A DNA stretch of 27,574 nucleotides. It comes from Myxococcota bacterium (GTDB lineage: Bacteria; Myxococcota_A; UBA9042; JABWCM01). Below the pieces are notes generated by a model. That model did no database searches. It was given only the letters and a program-made list of their open reading frames with translations, and was not told the DNA's origin. Positions 1-8,389 of this stretch are shown piece by piece. How positions within the stretch are numbered: position 1 is the first letter of the stretch; each line of letters opens with the position of its first letter. Where the stretch lies: the NCBI GenBank assembly GCA_963694245.1, contig CAVOCR010000001.1, positions 1 through 27,574 on the forward strand, read 5' to 3'. A program made the translations under genes and the position numbers.

Positions 1-570
1 GCCCGCTGGATCCAGGGCAGAGCAGGGCTCGTCCATGAGCAGCACGGTGGGTTTGACGGGCAAGAGGCGTGCGATGCAGAGCTTCTGCTGTTCTTCCAGT
101 GAGAGTCCAATGGCCTCATCGTTCAGGCGATCCTTGACCTTGTCCCAGAGAAGCACTGTCTTCAGTGATTCTTCGACGACGGCGTCTTCCGCCGCTCGAT
201 TCAGCCGCGACTCCCGGCTGGTATGAATTCGGAGACCAAAGAGCACATTGTCCCGAATGGAGAGCGGGAGTGGATTGGGACGTTGGAAGACCATTCCGAT
301 TTGCTTCCGTACCTGAATCAGTTCGACGTCGGGGCCGAAGATGTCGTGGCCGAGAACGCCGATCTTTCCCGTGGTGCGGACATATCCGAGTCGCTCCACG
401 ATGCGGTTGATGCTCCGAAGAAACGTGGATTTTCCGCAGCCGGAGGGGCCGATCATGCTCGTGATCATGCCTTGGCGAATCTTCAGATTCACGTCGAAAA
501 GCGCCTGGAAATCGCCGTACCAGAGGTTCAAGTTCTCGGTTTCGATGGCGTATGAGGGGTTCTCAGCCAA
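1..570 (-). CDS. pstB: Phosphate ABC transporter ATPase PstB, copy 2 (runs off the window edge; not in the ORF track)
   Basis: Manual translation from TTG at 570 (GGAGG upstream, overlaps the upstream pstB stop): MAENPSYAIETENLNLWYGDFQALFDVNLK...GPSGCGKST...GMVFQRPNPLP...LWDKVKDRL...LSLEEQQKLCIAR...LLMDEPCSALDPAG. No stop before position 1. Confidence 0.93.
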   Translation of the reverse strand, partial: MAENPSYAIETENLNLWYGDFQALFDVNLKIRQGMITSMIGPSGCGKSTFLRSINRIVERLGYVRTTGKIGVLGHDIFGPDVELIQVRKQIGMVFQRPNPLPLSIRDNVLFGLRIHTSRESRLNRAAEDAVVEESLKTVLLWDKVKDRLNDEAIGLSLEEQQKLCIARLLPVKPTVLLMDEPCSALDPAG

Positions 571-1369
571 AAGCTCCCTCCAGATATTGCAGGGTCTTCT
601 CGTTCTGCACATCGCCCGCGAAGAGTGCGTCGGTGTCTCCCACCTCGACACAGCGTCCTTTGAGGAAGAATGCGGTCCGATCGGCCAGTCGCCGCGCCTG
701 CTGGGTCAGGTTCGTGACCAGCACGATGGTCATTTCCTTCTTCAATTCCTTGAGGACGTCCTCGATCTTCATGGTCGTGACGGGATCCACGGCGATGGAG
801 AACTCGTCCAGGAGGAGGAGGTCGGGCTCTTGTGAGAGCGCACGTGCGATGGTGAGTCGTTGTTGTTGACCCCCCGACAGGAGGCTCCCGAGGGCCTTCA
901 ACCGATCCTTCACTTCATCCCATAGCGCGGCTCGGCGCAGGCATCTTTCCACGATTTCATCGAGTTCATTTCGCCGGGATACGCCTCGGAGCCGTGGGGC
1001 GAGCGCGACATTGTCATAGACGCTCAGGGGCAGTCCCACAGGAAGGGGGAACACCACGCCGATTCGCCGCCGAAGGGCGAAGAGGTTCTTCCACTCCCGG
1101 ATGTCGCGTCCATCGTATTCCACGTTGCCCGTGTAGTGCATGTTTTCCGTGAAGGTGTCCATGCGGTTGAGGACACGTAGAAACGAGGTCTTTCCGCTGT
1201 TTGCGGGTCCAATGATGCCGAAGATTTCATTCTTGCGGACTTCCAGATCCACTCCCGAGAGCGCCGTGAAATTATCGTAGTGAACCGCGAGCCTCCGCAC
1301 CTTCAATTTGTCGGGCGGGTCCGCTTTCTGAGGCGATTGGCTCTTCTGGATGGGGCGGGAATCTACCAT
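563..1369 (-). CDS. pstB: Phosphate ABC transporter ATPase PstB, copy 1 (degenerate Q-loop and H-switch)
   Basis: Walker A GPANSGKTS, LWDEVKDRL, LSGGQQQRLTIAR, LLLLDE. Start moved to ATG 1369 (MVDSRP), which overlaps the pstA stop; 268 aa. Confidence 0.93.
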   Translation of the reverse strand: MVDSRPIQKSQSPQKADPPDKLKVRRLAVHYDNFTALSGVDLEVRKNEIFGIIGPANSGKTSFLRVLNRMDTFTENMHYTGNVEYDGRDIREWKNLFALRRRIGVVFPLPVGLPLSVYDNVALAPRLRGVSRRNELDEIVERCLRRAALWDEVKDRLKALGSLLSGGQQQRLTIARALSQEPDLLLLDEFSIAVDPVTTMKIEDVLKELKKEMTIVLVTNLTQQARRLADRTAFFLKGRCVEVGDTDALFAGDVQNEKTLQYLEGAFG

Positions 1370-2232
1370 TTCTTCTTTCCTCTCAGGTAGACGCGAAATG
1401 CGATGGAGACCGAGTTCATCGCCAATACGATTCCGATCAGGACGAGAGCGACTCCGAAGGGAAGCTCCGGCGGGACATCGGGGACCTGCGTCGCCACCAC
1501 GAACAGATGGAGCGAGAGCGCCATGGTCTGGTCGAATACGCCTTCGGGGAGGAAGGGCAGGAAGAATGCAGCGCCCGTGAACATGATGGGGGCTGTTTCG
1601 CCAGCGGTTCTGGAGACCTCCAGGATGATTCCGGTCAGGATGCCGCTGATGGCGTTGGGGAGAACGACCTGGCGAATGGTCTGCCACCGGGTCGCTCCCA
1701 TGTTCCAGCATGCCTCCCGAAAGGACATGGGGACGGCTTGCAGGGATTCGCGGGTGGCGACGATCACCACGGGGAGGGTCATCACGGCCAGGGTCAGGCT
1801 CGCTGCGAGAATGCTGGTTCCGAACTCGAAGAAGAGAACGAACGCTCCGACTCCGAAGAGCGCATGCACGATCGAAGGGACGCCAGCGAGGTTGATGATG
1901 GCGAGATTGATGAGTCGTGTGAACCAGTTGTCCGGTGCATATTCACTGAGGTAGAGGGCCGCCGCGATCCCGACGGGGACGGACGCGATCAGGGCGACAA
2001 TCACCAGCGCAACCGTTCCCATCAGCGCTGGGAAGATTCCACCGGCGGTCATTCCTTGAATGGGATCCTCGGTCAGGAAGGCCCAGCTGATGGCGGGTCC
2101 CCCCTTGATGACGAGCACCGACAGGATCACGATCACGGGAACAATGAGCATCAGGGCCATGGAGAGATACAGCACCCGCATCCCGCGTTCGATGCGTTTG
2201 TTTCTCTGATTGAGTGGGCTGGCTTCGAACAT
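1363..2232 (-). CDS. pstA: Phosphate ABC transporter permease PstA
   Basis: Multi-TM; AGVPSIVHALFG, REACWNMGATRWQTI (EAA-loop equivalent), GETAP; operon position. Confidence 0.95.
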   Translation of the reverse strand: MFEASPLNQRNKRIERGMRVLYLSMALMLIVPVIVILSVLVIKGGPAISWAFLTEDPIQGMTAGGIFPALMGTVALVIVALIASVPVGIAAALYLSEYAPDNWFTRLINLAIINLAGVPSIVHALFGVGAFVLFFEFGTSILAASLTLAVMTLPVVIVATRESLQAVPMSFREACWNMGATRWQTIRQVVLPNAISGILTGIILEVSRTAGETAPIMFTGAAFFLPFLPEGVFDQTMALSLHLFVVATQVPDVPPELPFGVALVLIGIVLAMNSVSIAFRVYLRGKKKW

Positions 2233-2234
2233 GA

Positions 2235-3215
2235 TTACTTCTTTCGAATCCCCCGAATGACAAGGTCAGCGCTCAGGTTGATGACGAACGTCACGATGAA
2301 GAGCAGAATTCCGAGAGTGAAGAGCGCCTGATAGTGATCCGAACCGACCGCAGTCTCTCCGAGTTCCGCTGCGATGGTCGCGGTCAGTGCACGCACGGAG
2401 TCGAACACGCCGTCGGGTACATTGATGGAGTGCCCGCTCGCCATCAGGACAGCCATCGTCTCTCCGAATCCTCGTCCCACACCCAGGAGAACGGCGGCCA
2501 TCAATCCTTGTTTTGCTGCGGGAAGAACGACTTTCCAGGCGATCTGCCATCGGGTGGCCCCGAGGGCCTCGGCTGCCTCGCGGTAGTGATCGGGAACGGC
2601 CTTCAGGGCATCTTCGGCGATGGTGGTCATGATGGGAGCCGCCATCAATCCCAGGATGATTCCAGCGTTGAGGACCGTCAGCCCGATGGGCACGTCAAAC
2701 ATCTCGATGATGAGTGGATTCATGATGACGAGTCCGATGAATCCCCAGACCACCGAGGGAATGGCCGCGAGGAGCTCAATCATGATCTTGAGTCCTTCCC
2801 GGTAGCGACCTTCTGCGAACTCGGAGATGTAAATCGCCGAGCCGAGAGAGAAGGGAATGGCGGTCAGGACAGCCAGGCCGGTCACGCTGGCGGTTCCGAC
2901 GATCAGGGCAAACGCTCCGTACGTCGGATTGGAATCGGAGGTCGGTCGCCATGCAGGCGACAGGAAGAACTCCTTCAGGTTCATCGCGCCCCCGATGAAC
3001 TCGAATCCCTCCCGTGTGATGAACACGAAGATTCCGATGATGAAGAGAACCGCCGAGACGCCCCCGACGAACACCAGTCCCGCCACACCCTTGTCGATGT
3101 ACCAGTGCAGATCCCTTCGATCCCCCGTGTGAATCGAATTCGCGGCATCCGTGGATGGCGTGGAGCCCTGGATGTCAGTCGTCGAGGGTTCCACAGAGTT
3201 TCTCCATGAGGTCAT
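2235..3215 (-). CDS. pstC: Phosphate ABC transporter permease PstC
   Basis: AAIPSVVWG, REAAEALGATRWQ, GRGFGETMAV, TATIA motifs. The true start may be GTG at 3194 (GGAG upstream). Confidence 0.95.
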   Translation of the reverse strand: MTSWRNSVEPSTTDIQGSTPSTDAANSIHTGDRRDLHWYIDKGVAGLVFVGGVSAVLFIIGIFVFITREGFEFIGGAMNLKEFFLSPAWRPTSDSNPTYGAFALIVGTASVTGLAVLTAIPFSLGSAIYISEFAEGRYREGLKIMIELLAAIPSVVWGFIGLVIMNPLIIEMFDVPIGLTVLNAGIILGLMAAPIMTTIAEDALKAVPDHYREAAEALGATRWQIAWKVVLPAAKQGLMAAVLLGVGRGFGETMAVLMASGHSINVPDGVFDSVRALTATIAAELGETAVGSDHYQALFTLGILLFIVTFVINLSADLVIRGIRKK

Positions 3216-4245
3216 TGACGTGTGACGTCAGTTCGCGAACACATGTGTCGAGGCTCTCGTCGTTGTCGTGGTCGGGCACGGCCACATCCCATCTCTGGAG
3301 GATCGTGTGGTACGCGACTTCGTGGAGTTTCTCCGAGTCTGCTGAATTGATGGTGACGACCAGGTGATATTCGATGGGACTCTCATCGAGACCGGAGACG
3401 AGGCTGGGTCGCGCCCGTCGGAGCTCGAGGCCGAATCGGTCCGCGGTGGGGAGAAGCTTCGGATGGAGTTCTTCGCTGGGTGTCCAGCCCGCACTGGAGA
3501 ACACGCCTCGTTTCGAGAATCCCTTCCATGCGATTCCTTCCGCGAGATGGGAGAGGAGATCATTCTGGTCGTCGAGGAAGAGGATTCGAAACACCTTGGA
3601 CTTCTTGGCCTCACCGGTGACCGCGAAGATGGTCTCTTCACAGATGTTCTTGGACTGGTCGCTGAAACGATCCAGCTTCGCAAAGATCGTCATGAGGGAA
3701 GCCAACTCCAGACGCGGACGTCTCGGGTTTTCTTCAATCAGGGATTGAAAGAGCTGGTCGTAGGCGATGGCAATTCGTTTGCCCATGCGTCGGGTGGTAT
3801 GGGCCATCTCGACGTTTCCCTCGAGAAACGCGCGCATCGCATCGCGCAGCATGTTGTGCGATGCCTCTGCCAGCTGGGCGATCTCACCCACGATCTTTTT
3901 GTCGAGGGGGGTGTTGAGCTGCAGAACCACCCGGCTGATGGTGACGGCGTAGTCTCCAGCGCGCTCCAGGCCGATGGTCATTCGAAGCGTGGAGGAGATG
4001 AACCGCAAATGTCCCGCGGCGGGGAGGTGACGTGCAACGAATGCATGGCAGAGAGCATCGATCTTTCGGATTTTCCGGTTGATCTCCAGATCGCCAAGGA
4101 CCACTTCGTAGAGCAGGTCCCGGTCTTCCTGTCGGATCGCCCGGATGGCAAGCTTGAGGGCCTTGCTGACGTCATCCGTGACCGCCCGCAACTCCCCCCG
4201 AATGCTCTCCAGATCCGCCGATAGACGCTCTTCGTACAATGACAT
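3175..4245 (-). CDS. phoU: PhoU fused to a C-terminal LMW-PTP/ArsC-like domain lacking catalytic residues
   Basis: N-terminal ~215 aa with two PhoU repeats (LERAGDYA, LDRFSDQSKNICE). C-terminal ~140 aa follows the LMWP motif order (RILFLDDQNDLLSHLAEG, SAGWTP, HLVVTI, RWDVAVP). ATG 4245 has GAGG upstream. Confidence 0.88.
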   Translation of the reverse strand: MSLYEERLSADLESIRGELRAVTDDVSKALKLAIRAIRQEDRDLLYEVVLGDLEINRKIRKIDALCHAFVARHLPAAGHLRFISSTLRMTIGLERAGDYAVTISRVVLQLNTPLDKKIVGEIAQLAEASHNMLRDAMRAFLEGNVEMAHTTRRMGKRIAIAYDQLFQSLIEENPRRPRLELASLMTIFAKLDRFSDQSKNICEETIFAVTGEAKKSKVFRILFLDDQNDLLSHLAEGIAWKGFSKRGVFSSAGWTPSEELHPKLLPTADRFGLELRRARPSLVSGLDESPIEYHLVVTINSADSEKLHEVAYHTILQRWDVAVPDHDNDESLDTCVRELTSHVNDLMEKLCGTLDD

Positions 4246-4272
4246 GTGCACCTCTGCCCGCTGGGCGTTTGA

Positions 4273-5175
4273 TTATTTGCAGGCCATCTCGCGAATGGGG
4301 GCATAGCCCTTTTTGCTAATGATGCACTGACCCGTATCGCTCATGATCCAGTCCATGTACGCCTTGATGACGCCTTTGGGCTCGCCGCTGGTGTACATGA
4401 GAAGGGGGCGGGCGATGGGATAGGTATTGTCGCTGGCGGTCTGGGGGGTTGGATGCACACAGGTGCCGCCATCCTCCTGCTTCACGCAGGGCATCTTCAC
4501 ATGATCGTTGGTGTACGCGAGTCCGCTGTAGCCGATGGCGCACGCGGTCTTCTCGACCAGCTCGACGACATCCTTTGATCCATGCATGTCTCTTGAACCC
4601 AGCTTGTACTCGCCTTTCTTTCCGAGTATCGCCTTCTTGAAGTATGCGTAGGTTCCGGAGTTGTTTTGACGGCTTATGCGGATGATCTCATCACTCGGAC
4701 ATCCCGGCACGGTAACGCCGAGCTGACTCCATTTTTCCACTGTGCTGCCTTCTCCGTACACCGCTTTGAGTTGAGCGGTGCTGACCTCGTTCATGGGGTT
4801 GTTCTTGTGGAGGAACACGGCGATGGCGTCGTAGCCGACGATGTGCTCCACGGGTGTGACTCCGTTCTTTTCGGCGAGGGCGATTTCCTTCGCTTTCATT
4901 CTGCGACTTGAGTTGGCGATGTCGACGGTGCCGTTGATCATGGAGGAGATTCCAGTACCGGATCCTCCGCCCGTCACCGCGATGGCGACATTGGATTCAA
5001 TCTTGGCGTAGTTCTCCGCCCAGGCCTGAGCCACGTTGACGAGAGTATCGGAACCCTTGTTCTGGATGACGACGCGCTTTGATCCGCTGGCATTGGTGGC
5101 GGATCTCTTTCCCCCCCCACATCCCAGGGCGAGAAGACTCACGGTCATGACGGTGTACATGAAAAAACGATTCAT
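4273..5175 (-). CDS. pstS: Phosphate-binding lipoprotein PstS
   Basis: Lipobox LALGC; KGSDT, GGGSGTG, ANSSR, SRQNNSGT, YPIARPL motifs of the PstS family. Confidence 0.95.
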   Translation of the reverse strand: MNRFFMYTVMTVSLLALGCGGGKRSATNASGSKRVVIQNKGSDTLVNVAQAWAENYAKIESNVAIAVTGGGSGTGISSMINGTVDIANSSRRMKAKEIALAEKNGVTPVEHIVGYDAIAVFLHKNNPMNEVSTAQLKAVYGEGSTVEKWSQLGVTVPGCPSDEIIRISRQNNSGTYAYFKKAILGKKGEYKLGSRDMHGSKDVVELVEKTACAIGYSGLAYTNDHVKMPCVKQEDGGTCVHPTPQTASDNTYPIARPLLMYTSGEPKGVIKAYMDWIMSDTGQCIISKKGYAPIREMACK

Positions 5176-5266
5176 GGTTTCCTGCTTCGTGTTTGCTCTT
5201 GCGAGCTGGGCGCGTCTTGTTGTCCTGGGTCGGATTCAGACACTCTGGTTTCCGACGTTGTAATAC

Positions 5267-5311
5267 CTTTTAGTCCTCAATTGTGACAGTTGTGTGTCAG
5301 CGGATTGACGA
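5267..5311 (-). promoter_or_regulatory. Pho box and -10 element for the pstS operon
   Basis: Minus strand CTGACAC-ACAA-CTGTCAC (5300-5283) is an 11-bp-phased direct repeat like CTGTCAT-N4-CTGTCAY. TAAAAG (5272-5267) lies 10 bp downstream, and a weak third half-site TCGTCAA (5311-5305) is in phase. Confidence 0.75.
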
Positions 5312-5402
5312 GAGTGGGGATTGTTGTACAACCCCGACCTTCTTTCCTCGTGAAGTGTGGGCATCAACATGCGAGAAGAGAGGCTCAAAGCCTTGTTCTG
5401 CC

Positions 5403-5431
5403 TGGACAATGCAACTCCCCGGTTGATACAA
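5403..5431 (+). promoter_or_regulatory. Candidate sigma70 promoter of phoBR
   Basis: TGGACA-N17-TACAAG with TGn before the -10; about 70 bp upstream of the GTG start. Confidence 0.35.
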
Positions 5432-5501
5432 GATTGGGGAGCAGCAGAGCGTCGGATACGTCCTGGAAATGGGGTGTGGAAGGATTCAAGGAGCTATCAG
5501 A

Positions 5502-6209
5502 GTGAGTGGACTCATCCTGGTGATTGAAGATGAAGCGGATCTCCTGGAGTCGGTGGTGTATCGACTTCAGCAGGAGGGGTTTCAAACGCGTGCCGCCTTG
5601 AATGGAGCGGATGGGGTGCACCAGGCCGGAATCCAACCCGTTCCAGATCTCGTGCTCCTGGATCTCATGTTGCCCGACATGGGGGGAATGGAGGTTTTCC
5701 GCCGACTTCGAGCCGAAGAGGCCACACGCCATGTTCCGGTCATCATTGTCAGCGCACGAGGAGAGGAGGTCGATCGCATCGTCGGATTCGAGCTGGGCGC
5801 AGACGACTATGTGGTGAAGCCCTACAGTCCGAGAGAACTCATGTTGCGGATACGGGCTGTTCTACGCCGGGGGAGTCAGGAGATCACACCTGGCGATGAA
5901 CTCGTGAAGTTTGGGTGCCTTTCGCTCGATGGGCTGGGGCATCGAGTCTGGGTCTCCGAGGATGAGGTCGCCCTGACAGCGCTCGAATTTCGGCTTCTCT
6001 CCACGATGATGGAGAGAAAGGGACGTGTGCAGACCCGTGAGAGGCTCCTGGATGATGTATGGGGATACGACGTCCACGTGACCTCTCGAACCGTCGACAC
6101 CCACATCAAGCGATTGCGTGAGAAACTGGGAGACGCGGGGCGATACATTGAGACCCTTCGCGGCGTTGGATACCGGTTCCGTGACAAGCCCGATGAGCAG
6201 TCCGGATGA
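5502..6209 (+). CDS. phoB: OmpR-family response regulator PhoB
   Basis: Receiver (LVIEDE, LLDLMLP, ADDYVVKP) plus winged helix (RTVDTHIKRLREKL, TLRGVGY). GTG 5502 follows AAGGAG; divergent from pstS. Confidence 0.92.
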   Translation: MSGLILVIEDEADLLESVVYRLQQEGFQTRAALNGADGVHQAGIQPVPDLVLLDLMLPDMGGMEVFRRLRAEEATRHVPVIIVSARGEEVDRIVGFELGADDYVVKPYSPRELMLRIRAVLRRGSQEITPGDELVKFGCLSLDGLGHRVWVSEDEVALTALEFRLLSTMMERKGRVQTRERLLDDVWGYDVHVTSRTVDTHIKRLREKLGDAGRYIETLRGVGYRFRDKPDEQSG

Positions 6210-7960
6210 GGCTGGGTGTACGAGGGAAGCTCTTTGGGGTTTCTGTGGTGTTGATCCTCGTCATGGGGCTGATGGGGACACTCTTGTTCGAGACCCATCT
6301 GGTGGGGTGGATGACAGAGCGCACCGATGCGCGTTTGCGAGCCCACGTGCATTCAGCCCGCGAGTTCGTGGAGAGGATCCCGGATCTCGACACCATTCAG
6401 AACTCCGATCCGGTCATCGATCGCTTCGCGGACGCGATTCAGGCACGCGTGACCTACATCCGAAGGGATGGAGTGGTCCTGGGGGACTCGTCGGTCGGGA
6501 CCTCCGAAGTCGCTCGAATGGAGAATCACGCGGCGCGTCCGGAGGTGATCGCGGCGTTGACTGAGGGAGTGGGCACAGCCCGGCGTTTTTCGGACACGAT
6601 TCATCATGAGACCCTCTATGTGGCCGTGCCGTTCACACGTGCGGAGGCGGATGGAGTGATCCGTGTCTCGTTGACCCTCGAAGAGATGGATGACGTCCTG
6701 GACACGCTGCGGCGGGTCATCAACTACGGCGTTCTCGTGGGGCTGATTGTCGCCATTCTCATGAGTGGCCTGGCGTCTCATCTGCTGTCGCGGACGCTTC
6801 GCAGGTTGGCTCAGGCGGTGCGCTTGAAGAGTCGTGGAGCGAAAGCAGGCGATGGAGAGACGGAGCGGGACGAGGTAGAGCTGCTCGCGCTCACCCTCGA
6901 CAATCTCTCCGTGGAAGTCGAAGAGTCGGTCGGTCAGCTGGCGGAGGAGCGGGCGCGGGTGAATGCGGTCCTGGAGGCGATGCAGGAAGCGATCATCGCC
7001 GTCGATGGCGATCTGAATGTCACGCTCGTCAACGCAGCCGCGAAGGAGATGTTCGATCTCCCGCAATTCACCGATAGGCGGAGCCTCATCGAACTCCTGC
7101 GTCTTCCGGAACTCAATGACTACATCGAGTCGGGAGATTGGAGAGAGCAGGGGGAGGGGCTGGAGCTTCAGATTGAGGGGGTCGTGAAGCGCAACGTGCT
7201 CGCTCGAATCACGCCTCAGACGCCGGGAACGGGACTGGTGGTGGTCTGCCATGACATCACTCGCCTCCGTCAGCTGGAGGGAATGCGAAGCGATTTTGTC
7301 GCGAATGTCTCCCACGAGCTTCGTACACCCGTCAGCGCGATTCAGGGGGGTGCCGAGAATCTCCTGGATGGAGCGATGGAGGACCCCGCGGTGAGCGTGC
7401 GCTTCCTCGAATCGATCGCACGCAACGCGGAGCGACTGGGCCGGCTCATCTCCGAGTTGATTGATCTCAATCGGATCGAATCGGGAGCTCACGGTCTCGA
7501 GCCCGAGGCGATCGGCGTGAATTCTGCGTTGGAGGGCGTGCTTCAGGTGTTGAAGCTCCAGGTGGAGGAGAAGCACATCACCATCCACAAGGAGGTGGCG
7601 GAAAGTCCTCAGGTCTGGGCCGACCCCGATGCTTTGGAGCAGATTCTCTTCAACTTGATTGAGAACGCCGTGAAGTATGTCCCCGAGGAAGGCAATGTGT
7701 TTGTACGGGTCAAAGCGACGCGGAGTCGTGTGATGTTTGAGATCGCAGATGATGGTCCCGGGGTTCCGAAGGAGCATCATGGGCGTCTGTTTGAGCGCTT
7801 TTATCGTGTGGATGATGGGCGCTCTCGAGCCATGGGTGGAACGGGTCTTGGCCTGGCCATCGTCAAGCATCTCGTGACCAGCATGGGGGGTAGAATTGGG
7901 ATCCGAGAGGCGGATCAGCAGGGCTCCATCTTCCATTTTGATTTGCCTCTCCCCTCGTGA
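6206..7960 (+). CDS. phoR: Sensor histidine kinase PhoR
   Basis: Two TMs, extracytoplasmic ENHAARPE motif, PAS-like segment, H-box SHELRTP, NLIENAVKY, DDGPG, GTGLGLAIV; ATGA overlap with phoB. Confidence 0.92.
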   Translation: MRLGVRGKLFGVSVVLILVMGLMGTLLFETHLVGWMTERTDARLRAHVHSAREFVERIPDLDTIQNSDPVIDRFADAIQARVTYIRRDGVVLGDSSVGTSEVARMENHAARPEVIAALTEGVGTARRFSDTIHHETLYVAVPFTRAEADGVIRVSLTLEEMDDVLDTLRRVINYGVLVGLIVAILMSGLASHLLSRTLRRLAQAVRLKSRGAKAGDGETERDEVELLALTLDNLSVEVEESVGQLAEERARVNAVLEAMQEAIIAVDGDLNVTLVNAAAKEMFDLPQFTDRRSLIELLRLPELNDYIESGDWREQGEGLELQIEGVVKRNVLARITPQTPGTGLVVVCHDITRLRQLEGMRSDFVANVSHELRTPVSAIQGGAENLLDGAMEDPAVSVRFLESIARNAERLGRLISELIDLNRIESGAHGLEPEAIGVNSALEGVLQVLKLQVEEKHITIHKEVAESPQVWADPDALEQILFNLIENAVKYVPEEGNVFVRVKATRSRVMFEIADDGPGVPKEHHGRLFERFYRVDDGRSRAMGGTGLGLAIVKHLVTSMGGRIGIREADQQGSIFHFDLPLPS

Positions 7961-8388
7961 GACACCCCGCGATGAATGACGTCGAACATCTCGCACTTCT
8001 TGTGCGAAAGCTGTTTCACTCGGGCTTCAACAAGGCGCTCGTCGATCAAAAGTGGCCCGCTTTTGAAGTCGTGTTTCATGGATTTGATCCGGAACGCGTT
8101 GCCCGAATGGATGCGGCTGAGATTGAGCGGGTCCTTCAGGATCCGCGAATCGTTCGGCATCGAAAGAAGGTTCTCGCGACGGTGAAGAACGCGGCGTTTT
8201 TCTGCGAGGTGTCCCAGAAGCATGGCTCCTGGGATCGCTGGCTGGCTTCTCGTCGTTCCATGCCCTACGCAGAGCGGGCTCAGCCCCTTGTGGAGGCTCT
8301 CGCGCACTGCGGGCCGAACACGGTCTTCTATTATCTGCTGGAAGCCGGTGAGGCGACGCAGAGCGAACGCCCAACGGGCGTGAAGTAG
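7957..8388 (+). CDS. DNA-3-methyladenine glycosylase I (Tag)-like protein, short divergent form
   Basis: KWPAFEVVFHGFDPERVARM...LQDPRIVRHRKKV...NA matches the Tag core. Start is GTG 7957 (overlaps the phoR stop) or ATG 7972. Confidence 0.72.
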   Translation: MRHPAMNDVEHLALLVRKLFHSGFNKALVDQKWPAFEVVFHGFDPERVARMDAAEIERVLQDPRIVRHRKKVLATVKNAAFFCEVSQKHGSWDRWLASRRSMPYAERAQPLVEALAHCGPNTVFYYLLEAGEATQSERPTGVK

Positions 8389-8389
8389 C

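Noticed and set aside
1370-1711. 114-aa N-terminal extension of PstB-1 in the ORF track
   Set aside because: Lies inside pstA in another frame and has no ABC features; ATG 1369 gives a normal-length coupled PstB.
3175-3594. Functional arsenate reductase or tyrosine phosphatase
   Set aside because: The domain contains no P-loop Cys or Arg and no DP acid.
6353-7996. 547-aa antisense ORF opposite phoR
   Set aside because: Shadow ORF of a GC-rich gene with no motifs; the same applies to 3364-4224, 8474-9523, 18680-19960 and 21835-22908.
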